A stretch of DNA of 64,000 nucleotides from Syntrophales bacterium. Its GTDB lineage: Bacteria; Desulfobacterota; Syntrophia; Syntrophales; PHBD01. Position numbers and translations under genes: made by a program. Location: NCBI GenBank assembly GCA_963668175.1, contig OY764159.1, positions 672,001 through 736,000 on the forward strand, in the 5' to 3' direction. Under the pieces are notes generated by a model, which did no database searches, was not told where the DNA came from, and saw only the letters and a list, made by a program, of their open reading frames with translations. Shown here piece after piece: positions 11,038 through 21,098 of this stretch (position 1 is its first letter; every line of letters starts with the position of its first letter).

Positions 11038-11301
11038 CTACGCAAGGCCGTTCACTTTTTTGGTGAGCCGCGATATCTTCCGGGAAGCGGTCTTCTTGTG
11101 AAGAACGCCCTTGGCAGACGCCTTCTGGATATCCTTGACGGATTGCGCCAGCGCCGCCTTGGAGGCGTCCTTGTCCTTCCCTTCAACGGCAGCGACGACG
11201 CGCTTGATGCCGGTCTTGACTTCCGACTTGATGGTCGTATTTCTCAGGCGCCTTTTGTCGCTCTGCTTGCTTCTCTTTACCGCCGATTTATGGTTTGCCA
11301 A
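11038..11301 (-). CDS. rpsT: 30S ribosomal protein S20
   Basis: MANHKSAVKR...KGVLHKKTASRKISRL; TTG start with GGAGG RBS. Confidence 0.97.
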   Translation of the reverse strand: MANHKSAVKRSKQSDKRRLRNTTIKSEVKTGIKRVVAAVEGKDKDASKAALAQSVKDIQKASAKGVLHKKTASRKISRLTKKVNGLA

Positions 11302-11334
11302 ACGAACCTTCCTCCTTTTGGAATGCGTTTTCGG

Positions 11335-11455
11335 TTAACAGCTTGTCGAAAACCCGATTTTCAACTTTTAACAGGCTGTTCAAAAATGTCCAGATGTAAG
11401 GCGCGTCACCTGAAGGTGATAAACAACAGATGGGCGTTTTTCAACAGCCTGTTAA
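11335..11455. repeat. MITE/REP-like palindromic element
   Basis: 19-bp terminal inverted repeats TTAACAGGCTGTTCAAAAA (11368-11386) and TTTTTCAACAGCCTGTTAA (11437-11455) with 1 mismatch; preceded by a related short unit at 11335-11365. Confidence 0.7.
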
Positions 11456-11593
11456 GGGGTGGTCATTTATCCGAATTTACCGATCGTGTCAAGCTGAAAA
11501 ATTCTTGACTTAATGGCCCAAGGATATTATACCAACCGGCACATCCGGCGGGACTGCCGGATGCGGTCTTTCGATTCAAACGGCAAACCACGT

Positions 11594-11669
11594 GGGGATG
11601 TAGCTCAACTGGGAGAGCGCGGCGTTCGCAATGCCGAGGTCAGGGGTTCGAGCCCCCTCATCTCCACCA
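11594..11669 (+). tRNA. tRNA-Ala (anticodon CGC)
   Basis: GGGGATGTAGCTCAACTGGGAGAGCG, anticodon arm CGGCG-TT-CGC-AA-TGCCG, GGTTCGAG T-loop, encoded CCA; G3:U70 alanine identity pair. Confidence 0.96.
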
Positions 11670-11824
11670 TTTTATTATACCCATCCGTTTTCGACACTGC
11701 CTCTACGGAACATGACCACCCGCCGAACAATGCTGTTCTCTCCGCCATTCTTCGAACTACTCTATAACAATATCCCCTAGCTGAATTATCGTCAGCCGGC
11801 AAGATGTGTCATTCAAGGCAACGT

Positions 11825-12838
11825 TCAATAGATTTTCGCAAACCGCCATTTCTTCCGCTTCTTCCAGCTTCCCTTGTGATAGGCGTAGCTTGCGATCAGC
11901 GGCAGGACGGAGGTCGCCTCGGCGAAGACCATCTGCTCGAAGGAGACATCGACCTTCCCCCACGATGTCGCTTCCTTGAGCGTCGAGCTGGAGCAGGCGC
12001 CGTCGCGGACGTCCGCCACGGTGATCTGGACGGCGTACTTGTGCATGGGGACGTCCACGCCCAAAATCTCGGCGCATATCACCGTATCCTGCACGAAATT
12101 CTTGGGGACACCGCCGCCGATCATCATAAGGCCCGTTGTTTTCGCCTCGATCTTGAGCGCCGTCAGCTCCCGGAAATCCTTCACCGAATCGATGGACAGA
12201 TGCCGGTCGGGATTTTCGTGCTGGTGCAGGACCAGACCGAATCCGGCACTGCTGTCGGAAAACGCCGGGCAGAAGATGGGGACGTCGTTTTCATAGGCCG
12301 TCTGGACGAGGGAATGCTTCTTTTTCGCATGCTTCGTAAGATAGCGCCCCATTTCGCGGATGAACTCCCGGGACGAATACGGACGCGGCGGTAGGCCGTC
12401 GGCGATTTCCTTGACGGTCCGGTCGCAAACCTGGAGTTCCTCCTCGTCGATAAACGTGTCATAAATCCGGTCGATATACAGGCTCCGGAGCGTCGGGTCG
12501 TCCACATTGGGGGAACCCTGGTAGTGTTTGAAGCCCAGGGCCTCGAAGAAATCCATATCCACGATGGCGGCGCCCGTCGCCACAACAGCATCCACCATAT
12601 TGTATTTGACGAGGTCCGCAAAGAGCTGCATGCACCCGCCGGCGCCGCTGCTCCCCGCGATCGTAAGAATGACGGCGCATTTTTTGTCCGCAAGCATCCG
12701 GACGTAGATATCCGCCGCACGGCCAAGGTCCCGCGCCGTGAACGACATGCCCTTCATGGACTGTACCATCTGCGTCGCATCGAAACCCGTGAAGTCGATA
12801 TGTTTCACCGGTAGCTGTAAAAAATCCTTCTTGTTCAT
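11825..12838 (-). CDS. Deoxyhypusine synthase-like protein (probably polyamine/homospermidine metabolism)
   Basis: IDRIYDTF, PIFCPAFSDSSAG, IGGGVPKN, DGACSSSTLKEATSWGK (catalytic Lys motif). Confidence 0.88.
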   Translation of the reverse strand: MNKKDFLQLPVKHIDFTGFDATQMVQSMKGMSFTARDLGRAADIYVRMLADKKCAVILTIAGSSGAGGCMQLFADLVKYNMVDAVVATGAAIVDMDFFEALGFKHYQGSPNVDDPTLRSLYIDRIYDTFIDEEELQVCDRTVKEIADGLPPRPYSSREFIREMGRYLTKHAKKKHSLVQTAYENDVPIFCPAFSDSSAGFGLVLHQHENPDRHLSIDSVKDFRELTALKIEAKTTGLMMIGGGVPKNFVQDTVICAEILGVDVPMHKYAVQITVADVRDGACSSSTLKEATSWGKVDVSFEQMVFAEATSVLPLIASYAYHKGSWKKRKKWRFAKIY

Positions 12839-13000
12839 GGAAATAAACCTTCTCGTTTATCTTATAATATTGATAACATAATTCTTGACTGCTTAAATGT
12901 CAATGTCCCTCGCGGCGGGATACGGGATCGGCGGGCGGCGGAAAAAACCGCCTTGTCAACGGCTGAAATATCTGATACGTCCCTTTCTAAAGAGATAATT

Positions 13001-14341
13001 ATGCAGGATATCCTTAGCGTTACGCAATTAAACGAGCGCATCAGGCAGTTGCTTGAAGGCGAGTTCGGTCTGTTGTGGGTCGAAGGGGAGATCTCGAATT
13101 TGCGCCGTCCCGCATCGGGGCACATGTACTTTACGCTCAAGGACGACAAGAGTCAGATCAGGGCGGTCATGTTCCGCCATCCTGCCGCCGCCCTGGGAAA
13201 GAGGACCTTCGAACTGGAAGACGGCCTGCGCATCGTTTGCCGGTCGCGGCTCGGCGTCTATCAGCCCCGGGGCGAATATCAGCTGATCGTCGATTACGTG
13301 GAACCCCTAGGTATCGGCGCTCTCCAACGGGCTTTTGAACAGCTCAAGGCCCGCCTGTCGGCAGAGGGCCTCTTCGATCCCGCCCGGAAAAAAAGAATTC
13401 CTTTTATTCCGGGAAGAATTGGGGTAATCACTTCTCCGACCGGGGCTGTCATCAGGGACATCCTCCATGTCTCCCGGCGGCGCTTTTCCTCGATTGACAT
13501 TCTCATCGTTCCCGTCAGAGTACAGGGGCCGGAGTCCCCCGGCGAGATCGTCCGCGCCCTGGAGGATTTGCAGAATGTGAGTGGGGTGGACGTGATCATC
13601 CTGGCCCGCGGAGGCGGTTCCCTGGAAGATCTCGCCCCATTCAACGACGAAAGGGTCGCCAGGGCGATTGCGCGTTGTAAGCTTCCGGTTATTTCCGCCG
13701 TCGGGCATGAGACGGATTACACCATTGCCGATTTCGTCGCCGATCAGCGGGCACCGACGCCTTCGGCGGCGGCAGAGATGGCCGTGCCCGTGAAAGAGGA
13801 GCTTTTTATCCGGATGAACGCCCTTTTCGTGCGGCTGATCGACTCGCAAAAGCGGTCCCTTCGCGGACTGCGTGAATGGCAGAGCGAGCTGGCGGGCCGT
13901 TTAAGGGACCCGCGGCGTCTCATCGCCGACTGGCGTGTTGCCGTTGACGATCATCTCGTGCGGCTGCAGACAGACATGAATCGAATAACAACATCACGGC
14001 GGCAAGGACTGGAACACCTGGCGGGACGTCTTTCGGGCGTTAATCCGGCGCTCAAGGCCGGGCACGAACGGACCATACTGGGTCATTGGTCGGATGGCCT
14101 GATGAAAGCCTGGAGGCAGCATCACCTGCGGTTGAGGGGCCGGTTGCAGGCGGAGTCGGCCCTGCTGGATTCACTGAGTCCGCTGGCCATTTTGAAGCGG
14201 GGCTACAGCATTACGCGAAGAGCGTCCGACGGTAAGATCGTCAAGGATGCCGCCGAAGTGGCAATCGGAACCGGTCTTCAAATCAAATTGTCCTCCGGAC
14301 GTCTTGAAGCGGAAGTATTGAGAATTGACCGGGAGTCGTGA
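13001..14341 (+). CDS. xseA: Exodeoxyribonuclease VII large subunit
   Basis: WVEGEISN, SGHMYFTLKD, ARGGGSLEDL, SAVGHETD, RAPTPSAAAE. Confidence 0.96.
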   Translation: MQDILSVTQLNERIRQLLEGEFGLLWVEGEISNLRRPASGHMYFTLKDDKSQIRAVMFRHPAAALGKRTFELEDGLRIVCRSRLGVYQPRGEYQLIVDYVEPLGIGALQRAFEQLKARLSAEGLFDPARKKRIPFIPGRIGVITSPTGAVIRDILHVSRRRFSSIDILIVPVRVQGPESPGEIVRALEDLQNVSGVDVIILARGGGSLEDLAPFNDERVARAIARCKLPVISAVGHETDYTIADFVADQRAPTPSAAAEMAVPVKEELFIRMNALFVRLIDSQKRSLRGLREWQSELAGRLRDPRRLIADWRVAVDDHLVRLQTDMNRITTSRRQGLEHLAGRLSGVNPALKAGHERTILGHWSDGLMKAWRQHHLRLRGRLQAESALLDSLSPLAILKRGYSITRRASDGKIVKDAAEVAIGTGLQIKLSSGRLEAEVLRIDRES

Positions 14342-14342
14342 C

Positions 14343-14570
14343 ATGGCGAAAGAAAAATTCGAAGATGCCCTGGACAAACTGGAAGGCATCGTCCGGAAGA
14401 TGGAAACAGGGGAGTTGAGTCTTGAGGAATCGCTCAAGGCTTTTGAAGAAGGGATAAGACTCGCGCGGTTGTGTGCCGGCAAACTGGATGAAGCGGAAAG
14501 AAGGGTGGAAATCCTGCTGCGGGAGGGGGACGGGCTGTCCATCAAGCCTTTTCAGGGGAGTGATTCATGA
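14343..14570 (+). CDS. xseB: Exodeoxyribonuclease VII small subunit
   Basis: FEDALDKLEGIV...LEESLKAFEEG. Confidence 0.95.
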   Translation: MAKEKFEDALDKLEGIVRKMETGELSLEESLKAFEEGIRLARLCAGKLDEAERRVEILLREGDGLSIKPFQGSDS

Positions 14571-15475
14571 CAGAGGACAATGAAGCCTTTTTAGAGGCCT
14601 ATTTAAACGCCAGAAGAGGCATGGTCGACGCCGCCTTGAATAAGTATATGCCGGCCGAGGATGCCTATCCGCCGGAGATTTTCAAGGCGATACGCTACAG
14701 CCTGTTTGCGGGCGGCAAGAGGCTGCGCCCGATCCTTTGCCTGGCGGCCGCAGAAGCCGTGGGCGGCGATATCGAAAGAATCATGCCGGTGGCCTGCGCT
14801 TTGGAGTTGATCCACACCTATTCCCTGATACACGACGACCTGCCGGCCATCGACAACGACGATTACAGACGCGGTTTACCGACCAGCCACAAGGTCTTCG
14901 GGGAGGGCATGGCTGTTCTCGCCGGAGATGCCCTGCTTACGGAGGCATTCCATTTGATGTCGCGACAGGATTTGATGGCCGATATCAATCCCTCCCTGCT
15001 TCTGACCGTCATCAATGAAATAGCCGAGGCGGCGGGGTATACAGGCATGGTAGGCGGCCAGGTCGTCGATATGGAGTCGGAAGGGAAGGTTCCCGATTAT
15101 GAAACGCTTCATTATATTCACAGCCGCAAGACCGGGGTCATGATTCTGGCGGCCCTGAAATCGGGAGCAAGGCTTTCCGGCGCCACGGAGGAGGAGATCG
15201 ATGCCCTTTCCGAGTTCGGCCGGAATATCGGTTTGGCCTTTCAGATTGCCGACGACATGCTCAATGTCGACGGCGATCCGATTCTTATGGGCAAGGCGAC
15301 GGGAAGCGATGCGACCCGTGGAAAAATGACCTTTCCGGCCCTGATCGGGGTCGTCGCATCGCATAAAAAAGCATATGAACTCCTGGACATGGCCCTGGCG
15401 GGCATTGCCGGTCTCGATCACAAGGCGGACCCATTGCGTTTAATCGCCTCTTATGTCCTCGAAAGGAGAGCATAA
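14567..15475 (+). CDS. ispA: Polyprenyl (farnesyl/geranylgeranyl) diphosphate synthase
   Basis: GGKRLRP, HDDLPAIDNDDYRRG, FQIADD motifs; xseB-ispA-dxs synteny. Confidence 0.92.
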   Translation: MTEDNEAFLEAYLNARRGMVDAALNKYMPAEDAYPPEIFKAIRYSLFAGGKRLRPILCLAAAEAVGGDIERIMPVACALELIHTYSLIHDDLPAIDNDDYRRGLPTSHKVFGEGMAVLAGDALLTEAFHLMSRQDLMADINPSLLLTVINEIAEAAGYTGMVGGQVVDMESEGKVPDYETLHYIHSRKTGVMILAALKSGARLSGATEEEIDALSEFGRNIGLAFQIADDMLNVDGDPILMGKATGSDATRGKMTFPALIGVVASHKKAYELLDMALAGIAGLDHKADPLRLIASYVLERRA

Positions 15476-15607
15476 CCGGCGGAGAATTTATACTTGTGCC
15501 ATATCGCCTGCATCACGGTTCGATCTGAACCGGTTCAGGCCTTTCATGCTCAGCAGGCCTGCGACGCGGGAGCGGATAACGGTTATCTTAAAATGGGTGT
15601 GTAAATC

Positions 15608-17503
15608 ATGGAAGAAAAACGCGGCAGTACGCATTTCCTGGACAAGGTCAACGATCCTCGCGACATCAGAACGATGGACACTGCGGCATTGCAGGGGCTT
15701 GCCTCCGAAATCAGGGAGGTCATTCTGGATGTCGTCTCCAAGCACGGGGGGCACCTTGCATCTTCCCTGGGTGCCGTGGAGCTGACGCTGGCGATCCACT
15801 GCGTATTCAATACGCCCCATGATCGCATTGTCTGGGATGTCGGGCATCAGGCCTATGCCCATAAGATCATCACCGGCAGAAAAGATCGCTTCCATACCCT
15901 GCGTCAGAAGGGGGGCATCAGTGGCTTTCCCAAAAGGGAAGAGAGTTCCTACGATGTCTTTAATGTCGGCCACAGCGGCACATCCATCTCTGCGGCAACC
16001 GGCATGGTGGAGGCTTCCTGCCTCAAGAACGAAGACAGGAAGGTTGTCGTGGTCATCGGCGACGGGTCCATGACGTCGGGCATGGCCTACGAGGCGTTGA
16101 ACTGGGCAGGAGACCGCAAGAAGAACATCATTATCATCCTGAACGACAATGAAATGTCCATCTCTCCCAACGTCGGGGCGCTGTCGTCCTATCTCAACTG
16201 CGTCATGACAGGCCAGCGGGCGATGGCTTTCCGCAATGACGTCAAGCATCTCATGAAGCAGATCCCCCGTATCGGGGAGCAGGTGATCCGGTTCACCCGG
16301 CAGCTTGAGGAATCCGTGAAGGCATTGGTCGTCCCCGGGGCTCTTTTTGAAGATCTGGGTTATACCTATGTCGGACCGCTGGAAGGGCACCACCTGAACC
16401 ACCTCATCAGAAACCTGGAAAACGTGAAAAGCCTCAAGGGGCCCGTCCTGGTCCATGTCATCACCAAGAAAGGGAAAGGTTACAGGTTTGCCGAGGAACG
16501 TCCCCTTCTGTTCCACGGTATAGGACCCTTTAATATCGAAACGGGCGAGCCCGTCACCGGAGAAGATCACCCCGTCACTTTCTCACGAATGTTCGGCAAT
16601 ACCGTCACGAAGCTCGCCGGGAGCGACCCTTCTCTCGTCGCCATTTCGGCCGCCATGTGCGAGGGCACCGGGCTGGACGGATTTGCCAAGGCATTCCCCG
16701 ACCGTTTCTTCGATGTGGGCATCGCGGAACAGCACGCCGTAACATTGGCCGCCGGCTTTGCGATCGAAGGGTTCAGGCCGGTTGTCGCGATCTATTCTTC
16801 CTTCCTGCAGCGCGCCTACGACCAGATTCTGCATGACGTCTGCCTGCAGAAACTGCCTGTGACGTTTGCCCTCGACCGGGGCGGACTGGTCGGAGATGAC
16901 GGGCCGACCCACCACGGCGTATTCGATTATTCCTATCTGCGCGCCATTCCGAACATCGTTGTAATGGCGCCCAAGGACGAAAACGAACTGCAGCACATGC
17001 TCAAAACGGCCGTCGACTGCGGGGGTCCTGCCTCGGTCAGGTATCCCCGGGGCAGAGGGGAAGGCATACCCGTTGACGAGACACCCCATGCCCTGGAAAT
17101 CGGCAAGGGAGAAATCCTCGCCGAAGGGGGAGACTTGGCCATTTTGGCCATCGGTTCAGCGGTTTACCCGGCCCTGAACGCGGCGGGCAGGCTCCTCGCA
17201 GAGGGTATCCGTATCCGGGTTATCAACGCCCGTTTCGTCAAGCCGCTGGATAGCGAGCTCCTGTGCGCGACAGCGACCAAGATCAAAAAGATATTGACTG
17301 TCGAAGAGAACGTCCTGATGGGTGGATTCGGCAGTGCCGTTCTGGAACTCTTTGAAGAGCGGGGCATCCATGACGTCATCCTCAAGAGGCTGGGTGTTCG
17401 CGATGCATTTGTCGAACATGCCACACAGGCGGAATTGCGGCGGATGCTTGGCATTGATGAAGAAGGGATCATGGCTGCCGTTCGCCAGATGATAACCGGG
17501 TGA
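15608..17503 (+). CDS. dxs: 1-deoxy-D-xylulose-5-phosphate synthase
   Basis: GGHLASSLG, WDVGHQAY, GDGSM...NDNEMSIS, DVGIAEQHAV. Confidence 0.97.
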   Translation: MEEKRGSTHFLDKVNDPRDIRTMDTAALQGLASEIREVILDVVSKHGGHLASSLGAVELTLAIHCVFNTPHDRIVWDVGHQAYAHKIITGRKDRFHTLRQKGGISGFPKREESSYDVFNVGHSGTSISAATGMVEASCLKNEDRKVVVVIGDGSMTSGMAYEALNWAGDRKKNIIIILNDNEMSISPNVGALSSYLNCVMTGQRAMAFRNDVKHLMKQIPRIGEQVIRFTRQLEESVKALVVPGALFEDLGYTYVGPLEGHHLNHLIRNLENVKSLKGPVLVHVITKKGKGYRFAEERPLLFHGIGPFNIETGEPVTGEDHPVTFSRMFGNTVTKLAGSDPSLVAISAAMCEGTGLDGFAKAFPDRFFDVGIAEQHAVTLAAGFAIEGFRPVVAIYSSFLQRAYDQILHDVCLQKLPVTFALDRGGLVGDDGPTHHGVFDYSYLRAIPNIVVMAPKDENELQHMLKTAVDCGGPASVRYPRGRGEGIPVDETPHALEIGKGEILAEGGDLAILAIGSAVYPALNAAGRLLAEGIRIRVINARFVKPLDSELLCATATKIKKILTVEENVLMGGFGSAVLELFEERGIHDVILKRLGVRDAFVEHATQAELRRMLGIDEEGIMAAVRQMITG

Positions 17504-17510
17504 CGGATTC

Positions 17511-18254
17511 ATGGCCGGAGTTGCCAGATCCAGACTGGACAAGCTGCTGGTGGACAGGGGGCTTTCTCCGTCGCGGGAGAAGGCCCGGGCCTTGATTCTT
17601 GCCGGGTCAGTTATCGTCGGGGAAGCGCGGGTCGACAAGGCAGGGGCGCTTTTTCCGGATGACGTTCCTATCAGAATCAAGGGAGAGGACAATCCCTATG
17701 TCAGCCGCGGCGGTCTGAAATTGAGGTCCGCCCTGGACGTATTCGGGATTTCCGTCGCCGGCTTGATTGCGATGGATGTAGGGGCATCGACGGGCGGGTT
17801 TACCGATTGCCTCCTCCAGGCGGGGGCGGCGAAGGTCTACGCCATTGATGTCGGCTACGGTCAGCTTGCCTGGAAATTGCGCGAAGATTCGCGCGTGGTC
17901 GTTATAGAACGAACAAATATACGTTATTACCAGGGGCAGGATATCGCTGAAACGATCGACCTGGCCACCATCGATGCCTCGTTCATTTCGTTAAAACTGG
18001 TCATTCCCGCCGTGCTGCCGCTCATCGGCGCCGAGGCGTCCCTCATCGCCCTCATCAAACCTCAGTTCGAAGTAGGACGGGAAAACGTACAGAAGCATGG
18101 TGTCGTCAAAGACAGGCATTTGCATGAAAAAGTAGTGAAGGACCTGGGGGATTTCTGTCTGGGGCTGGGGCTGCATGTCTGGAATTCCTGCGAATCGCCG
18201 CTCCTGGGGCCGGCGGGAAACAAGGAATTTTTTATCCATGTAAGCAAGAGATAA
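17511..18254 (+). CDS. tlyA: TlyA family rRNA methyltransferase
   Basis: S4 domain, YVSRGGLKL, DVGASTGGFTD, LIKPQFE. Confidence 0.93.
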   Translation: MAGVARSRLDKLLVDRGLSPSREKARALILAGSVIVGEARVDKAGALFPDDVPIRIKGEDNPYVSRGGLKLRSALDVFGISVAGLIAMDVGASTGGFTDCLLQAGAAKVYAIDVGYGQLAWKLREDSRVVVIERTNIRYYQGQDIAETIDLATIDASFISLKLVIPAVLPLIGAEASLIALIKPQFEVGRENVQKHGVVKDRHLHEKVVKDLGDFCLGLGLHVWNSCESPLLGPAGNKEFFIHVSKR

Positions 18255-18294
18255 CAGGGCGAGATCTGCTCGCTGGAAAGGGCATCCGCAGCGG

Positions 18295-20043
18295 ATGAGT
18301 GTCAAGTTGGCCAAAACGGCGGGGTTTTGCATGGGCGTCAAGCGCGCCGTCGATATTGTGCTGGAAATGGCACAAAAGAAAGGCGGCAAGACGTTCTATA
18401 CCTTCGGTCCGCTTATCCACAACCCTCAAACTATCCAACTTCTGGAGAAAAGGGGAATTGTACCCGTACGCCATGTGGACGATATCGAGAAGGGGGACAA
18501 GGATGCGACCATCGTCATCAGGGCCCACGGCATATCCCCGGAAGAGCGGAGAAGGATCAAGGAGAGAAACATCCGGATCATCGACGCGACATGTCCTAAA
18601 GTGGCCCATGTCCAGGCAATCATAAAGAAACATGCTAAACAAGGCTGCCATATCGTCATCGTCGGCGACCCCGAGCATCCTGAGGTCAACGGCCTGCTCG
18701 GATACGCCGGGGGAAGGGGCAGCGTCGTCTGTTGCGACCGCGACGTGGACATTTTAAACGGACTGGACCGGGTTTGCGTTGTGGCCCAAACGACCCAGAA
18801 CCAGGAAGACTATGCCCGCATTGTCGCCCTGATCAAAGCAAAATTTCCCGAGACGGTCGTTTTCGATACCATTTGCGATTCGACGGAGAAGAGGCAGACC
18901 GAAGTGCGGGAATTGTCTTCCGAGATGGACGTTATGGTCATTGTCGGCGGCAGAAACAGCGCCAATACCATGAGGTTGGCAATGCTTTCCGAAGCGGGGG
19001 GCACTCCGACCTATCATATCGAGACGGTGGATGAGCTGAAACAGATCCAGCTTAATCACGGCGACCGGATAGGTATATCGGCCGGGGCATCCACGCCCAA
19101 TTGGATTATCGACCGCGTCGTAGAATATGTAAAACTGGTCCAGGGCCAAAACCGGGTTCGATTTTCAAGACTCCGCCATTTCTGGGCATTCAGCGTCATG
19201 ACCGACATCTATGCTTCGGTGGGGGCCGGGTGCCTGGCCTTCGCCAGTATGCTTCTCCAAAAATTCCCCGTGGATATGGTGCCGATTATAACGACCGCGC
19301 TGTTCGTCTTTTCCATGCATACGTTCAATCGTGTCATCAACCCCAGAACAAGCAGCATTCTCGGTTCTTTCCGGGAAGAGACCTATCAGAGATATACCCG
19401 TCTCTACACGGTCCTGGCCATGGCCTTTATGATGGCGGCACTGATCCTGTCGTTGTCGGCGGGGCTGGCGCCGTTTATTCTGCTGTTATGCATCTCCGTT
19501 TTGGGCGTGTTGTATAACACCAAGATCATGCCGGCAAGTTGGCGATTTGAAAGTCTGAAAGACCTGCCGGGCTCGAAAAATGTTTTCATGGCGGCCGCCT
19601 GGGCGCTGGTTGCCGTCATCCTACCCCAGATGACGTCCTTCAACCTTTTCAAACCCGGGATGATAGTTGCCTTTTTATTCATCTTTTCCGTCGTCTTCAT
19701 CCGGTCGGCCATGTCGGATATGCTCGATATCCAGAGCGACAAACTCATCGGTCGTGAGACCATCCCCGTTCTTATCGGGAAGGGGAATACGCAAAAACTG
19801 CTCAAGGGCATGTGGGGTGTTATGTTCGTCATCCTCTTGATTTCGCACCCCCTCGGCTGGGCGTCTTCGGTAAATTATGCCTTGTTAACCTGCCTATTTT
19901 ATATATGGATTTGTTTGAAACTTTGTGATAGAAGGACGGGGCTTTCCGGGGTCGCCCTGGAAGGGATTCTTGAAACCAGCTATCTCATAGCAGGGATAAG
20001 TGCGTTCTTTTGGCTGTTGTGGTTACATATCGCCGGATCATAG
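18295..20043 (+). CDS. ispH: 4-hydroxy-3-methylbut-2-enyl diphosphate reductase fused to a C-terminal UbiA-like membrane prenyltransferase domain
   Basis: AGFCMGVKRA, DATCPKV, DTICDST, SAGASTP; about 290 extra hydrophobic residues with KDLPGSKN and DMLDIQSD...GRETIPV (UbiA-type second Asp motif). Confidence 0.88.
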   Translation: MSVKLAKTAGFCMGVKRAVDIVLEMAQKKGGKTFYTFGPLIHNPQTIQLLEKRGIVPVRHVDDIEKGDKDATIVIRAHGISPEERRRIKERNIRIIDATCPKVAHVQAIIKKHAKQGCHIVIVGDPEHPEVNGLLGYAGGRGSVVCCDRDVDILNGLDRVCVVAQTTQNQEDYARIVALIKAKFPETVVFDTICDSTEKRQTEVRELSSEMDVMVIVGGRNSANTMRLAMLSEAGGTPTYHIETVDELKQIQLNHGDRIGISAGASTPNWIIDRVVEYVKLVQGQNRVRFSRLRHFWAFSVMTDIYASVGAGCLAFASMLLQKFPVDMVPIITTALFVFSMHTFNRVINPRTSSILGSFREETYQRYTRLYTVLAMAFMMAALILSLSAGLAPFILLLCISVLGVLYNTKIMPASWRFESLKDLPGSKNVFMAAAWALVAVILPQMTSFNLFKPGMIVAFLFIFSVVFIRSAMSDMLDIQSDKLIGRETIPVLIGKGNTQKLLKGMWGVMFVILLISHPLGWASSVNYALLTCLFYIWICLKLCDRRTGLSGVALEGILETSYLIAGISAFFWLLWLHIAGS

Positions 20044-20072
20044 TATCGAGTGCCGGGGAGGCATCATTAAGA

Positions 20073-20660
20073 ATGAAAAAATTACGGGTGCACTTGTTCC
20101 TTGCCATTGCGGTCGTAATTCTGTCGGGATGCAGTGGCCTGCGTTATACCGAATTTTCGCCCGAAGCCAAAAATTTCCATCCCAAGACTATCGGCATTCT
20201 TCCCGTCGATGTAGGCAAAAACGAAGAAGCCCGGGGGGTTATTGACAAAATCGTAGTCGATGCTTTACATAGGAAGAAATGGTTTGATAAAGTCGTGTCT
20301 CCCGACGACGTCAAACAGAGGATGACGGCCGATGAGGGGCTGCATAAGGGCATCGACCAATATCAGTCCAAACTCAATCTGCTGAATTTCTCCGATCCCC
20401 AGTTGAGTCAGAAGATCGGGGAAACATTCGGCGTGGAAGCGATACTTATGGTACGCGTCGATTATTGGCTTTATACGAAGGACAAGGGCGACGACATTGC
20501 CAAAGCGGGTTTGGATATGAAACTTGTCGATACCGGAAACGGCCGTCTAATATGGAGAGCGGGCCATCATATAGACAAGAGTTATACATTGTTTAAGCCG
20601 GCGATTCCCGACGTGGCGCAGGATGTTGCACGAAAAATGATTTCAGATTTGCCCCATTAA
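20073..20660 (+). CDS. Lipoprotein (GNA1162/DUF799-like)
   Basis: Lipobox LSGC; TIGILP and MKLVDTGNGRLIW pattern. Confidence 0.6.
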   Translation: MKKLRVHLFLAIAVVILSGCSGLRYTEFSPEAKNFHPKTIGILPVDVGKNEEARGVIDKIVVDALHRKKWFDKVVSPDDVKQRMTADEGLHKGIDQYQSKLNLLNFSDPQLSQKIGETFGVEAILMVRVDYWLYTKDKGDDIAKAGLDMKLVDTGNGRLIWRAGHHIDKSYTLFKPAIPDVAQDVARKMISDLPH

Positions 20661-20818
20661 GGGGAATTGAGGTTGTTCGTCGTGGTGGTGTGAGGCCATA
20701 AGTCGCGACTTTCACCCATGCATTGCAATCGGGCAAGAAACTGCCGAAGGACGGTATGCCGGATGTTTAGGTGCATAGGGCAAGGTACTGGATTTAGAGA
20801 AGAAAGGATCGAAAAACC

Positions 20819-21043
20819 ATGAAAGAATTGGTGCAAAAAGCCATTGACAGGATCCGTCCCAATCTCCAGGCTGATGGAGGAGATGTGGAATTGGTCGATG
20901 TCACGGATGAAGGTGTCGTCAATGTCAGACTGGTTGGGGCTTGTCGAGGGTGTCCCATGTCCCAGATGACCTTGAAACTGGGGATTCAGAAATTTCTGAA
21001 GCAGGAAGTCCCTGGGGTTAAAGAAGTCGTTTCCGTACCATAA
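20819..21043 (+). CDS. NifU C-terminal (Nfu) domain Fe-S carrier
   Basis: [15 protein letters not shown]...GACRGCPMS. Confidence 0.92.
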   Translation: MKELVQKAIDRIRPNLQADGGDVELVDVTDEGVVNVRLVGACRGCPMSQMTLKLGIQKFLKQEVPGVKEVVSVP

Positions 21044-21098
21044 GGATATCGTTCTTTATCCATCCGGTATAAAAAATATCAATGAAGGAGAATAAAAA

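Noticed and set aside
11594..11825. tRNA-Ala as an integration site for an island
   Set aside because: No integrase nearby and no duplicated tRNA 3' end seen in the window.
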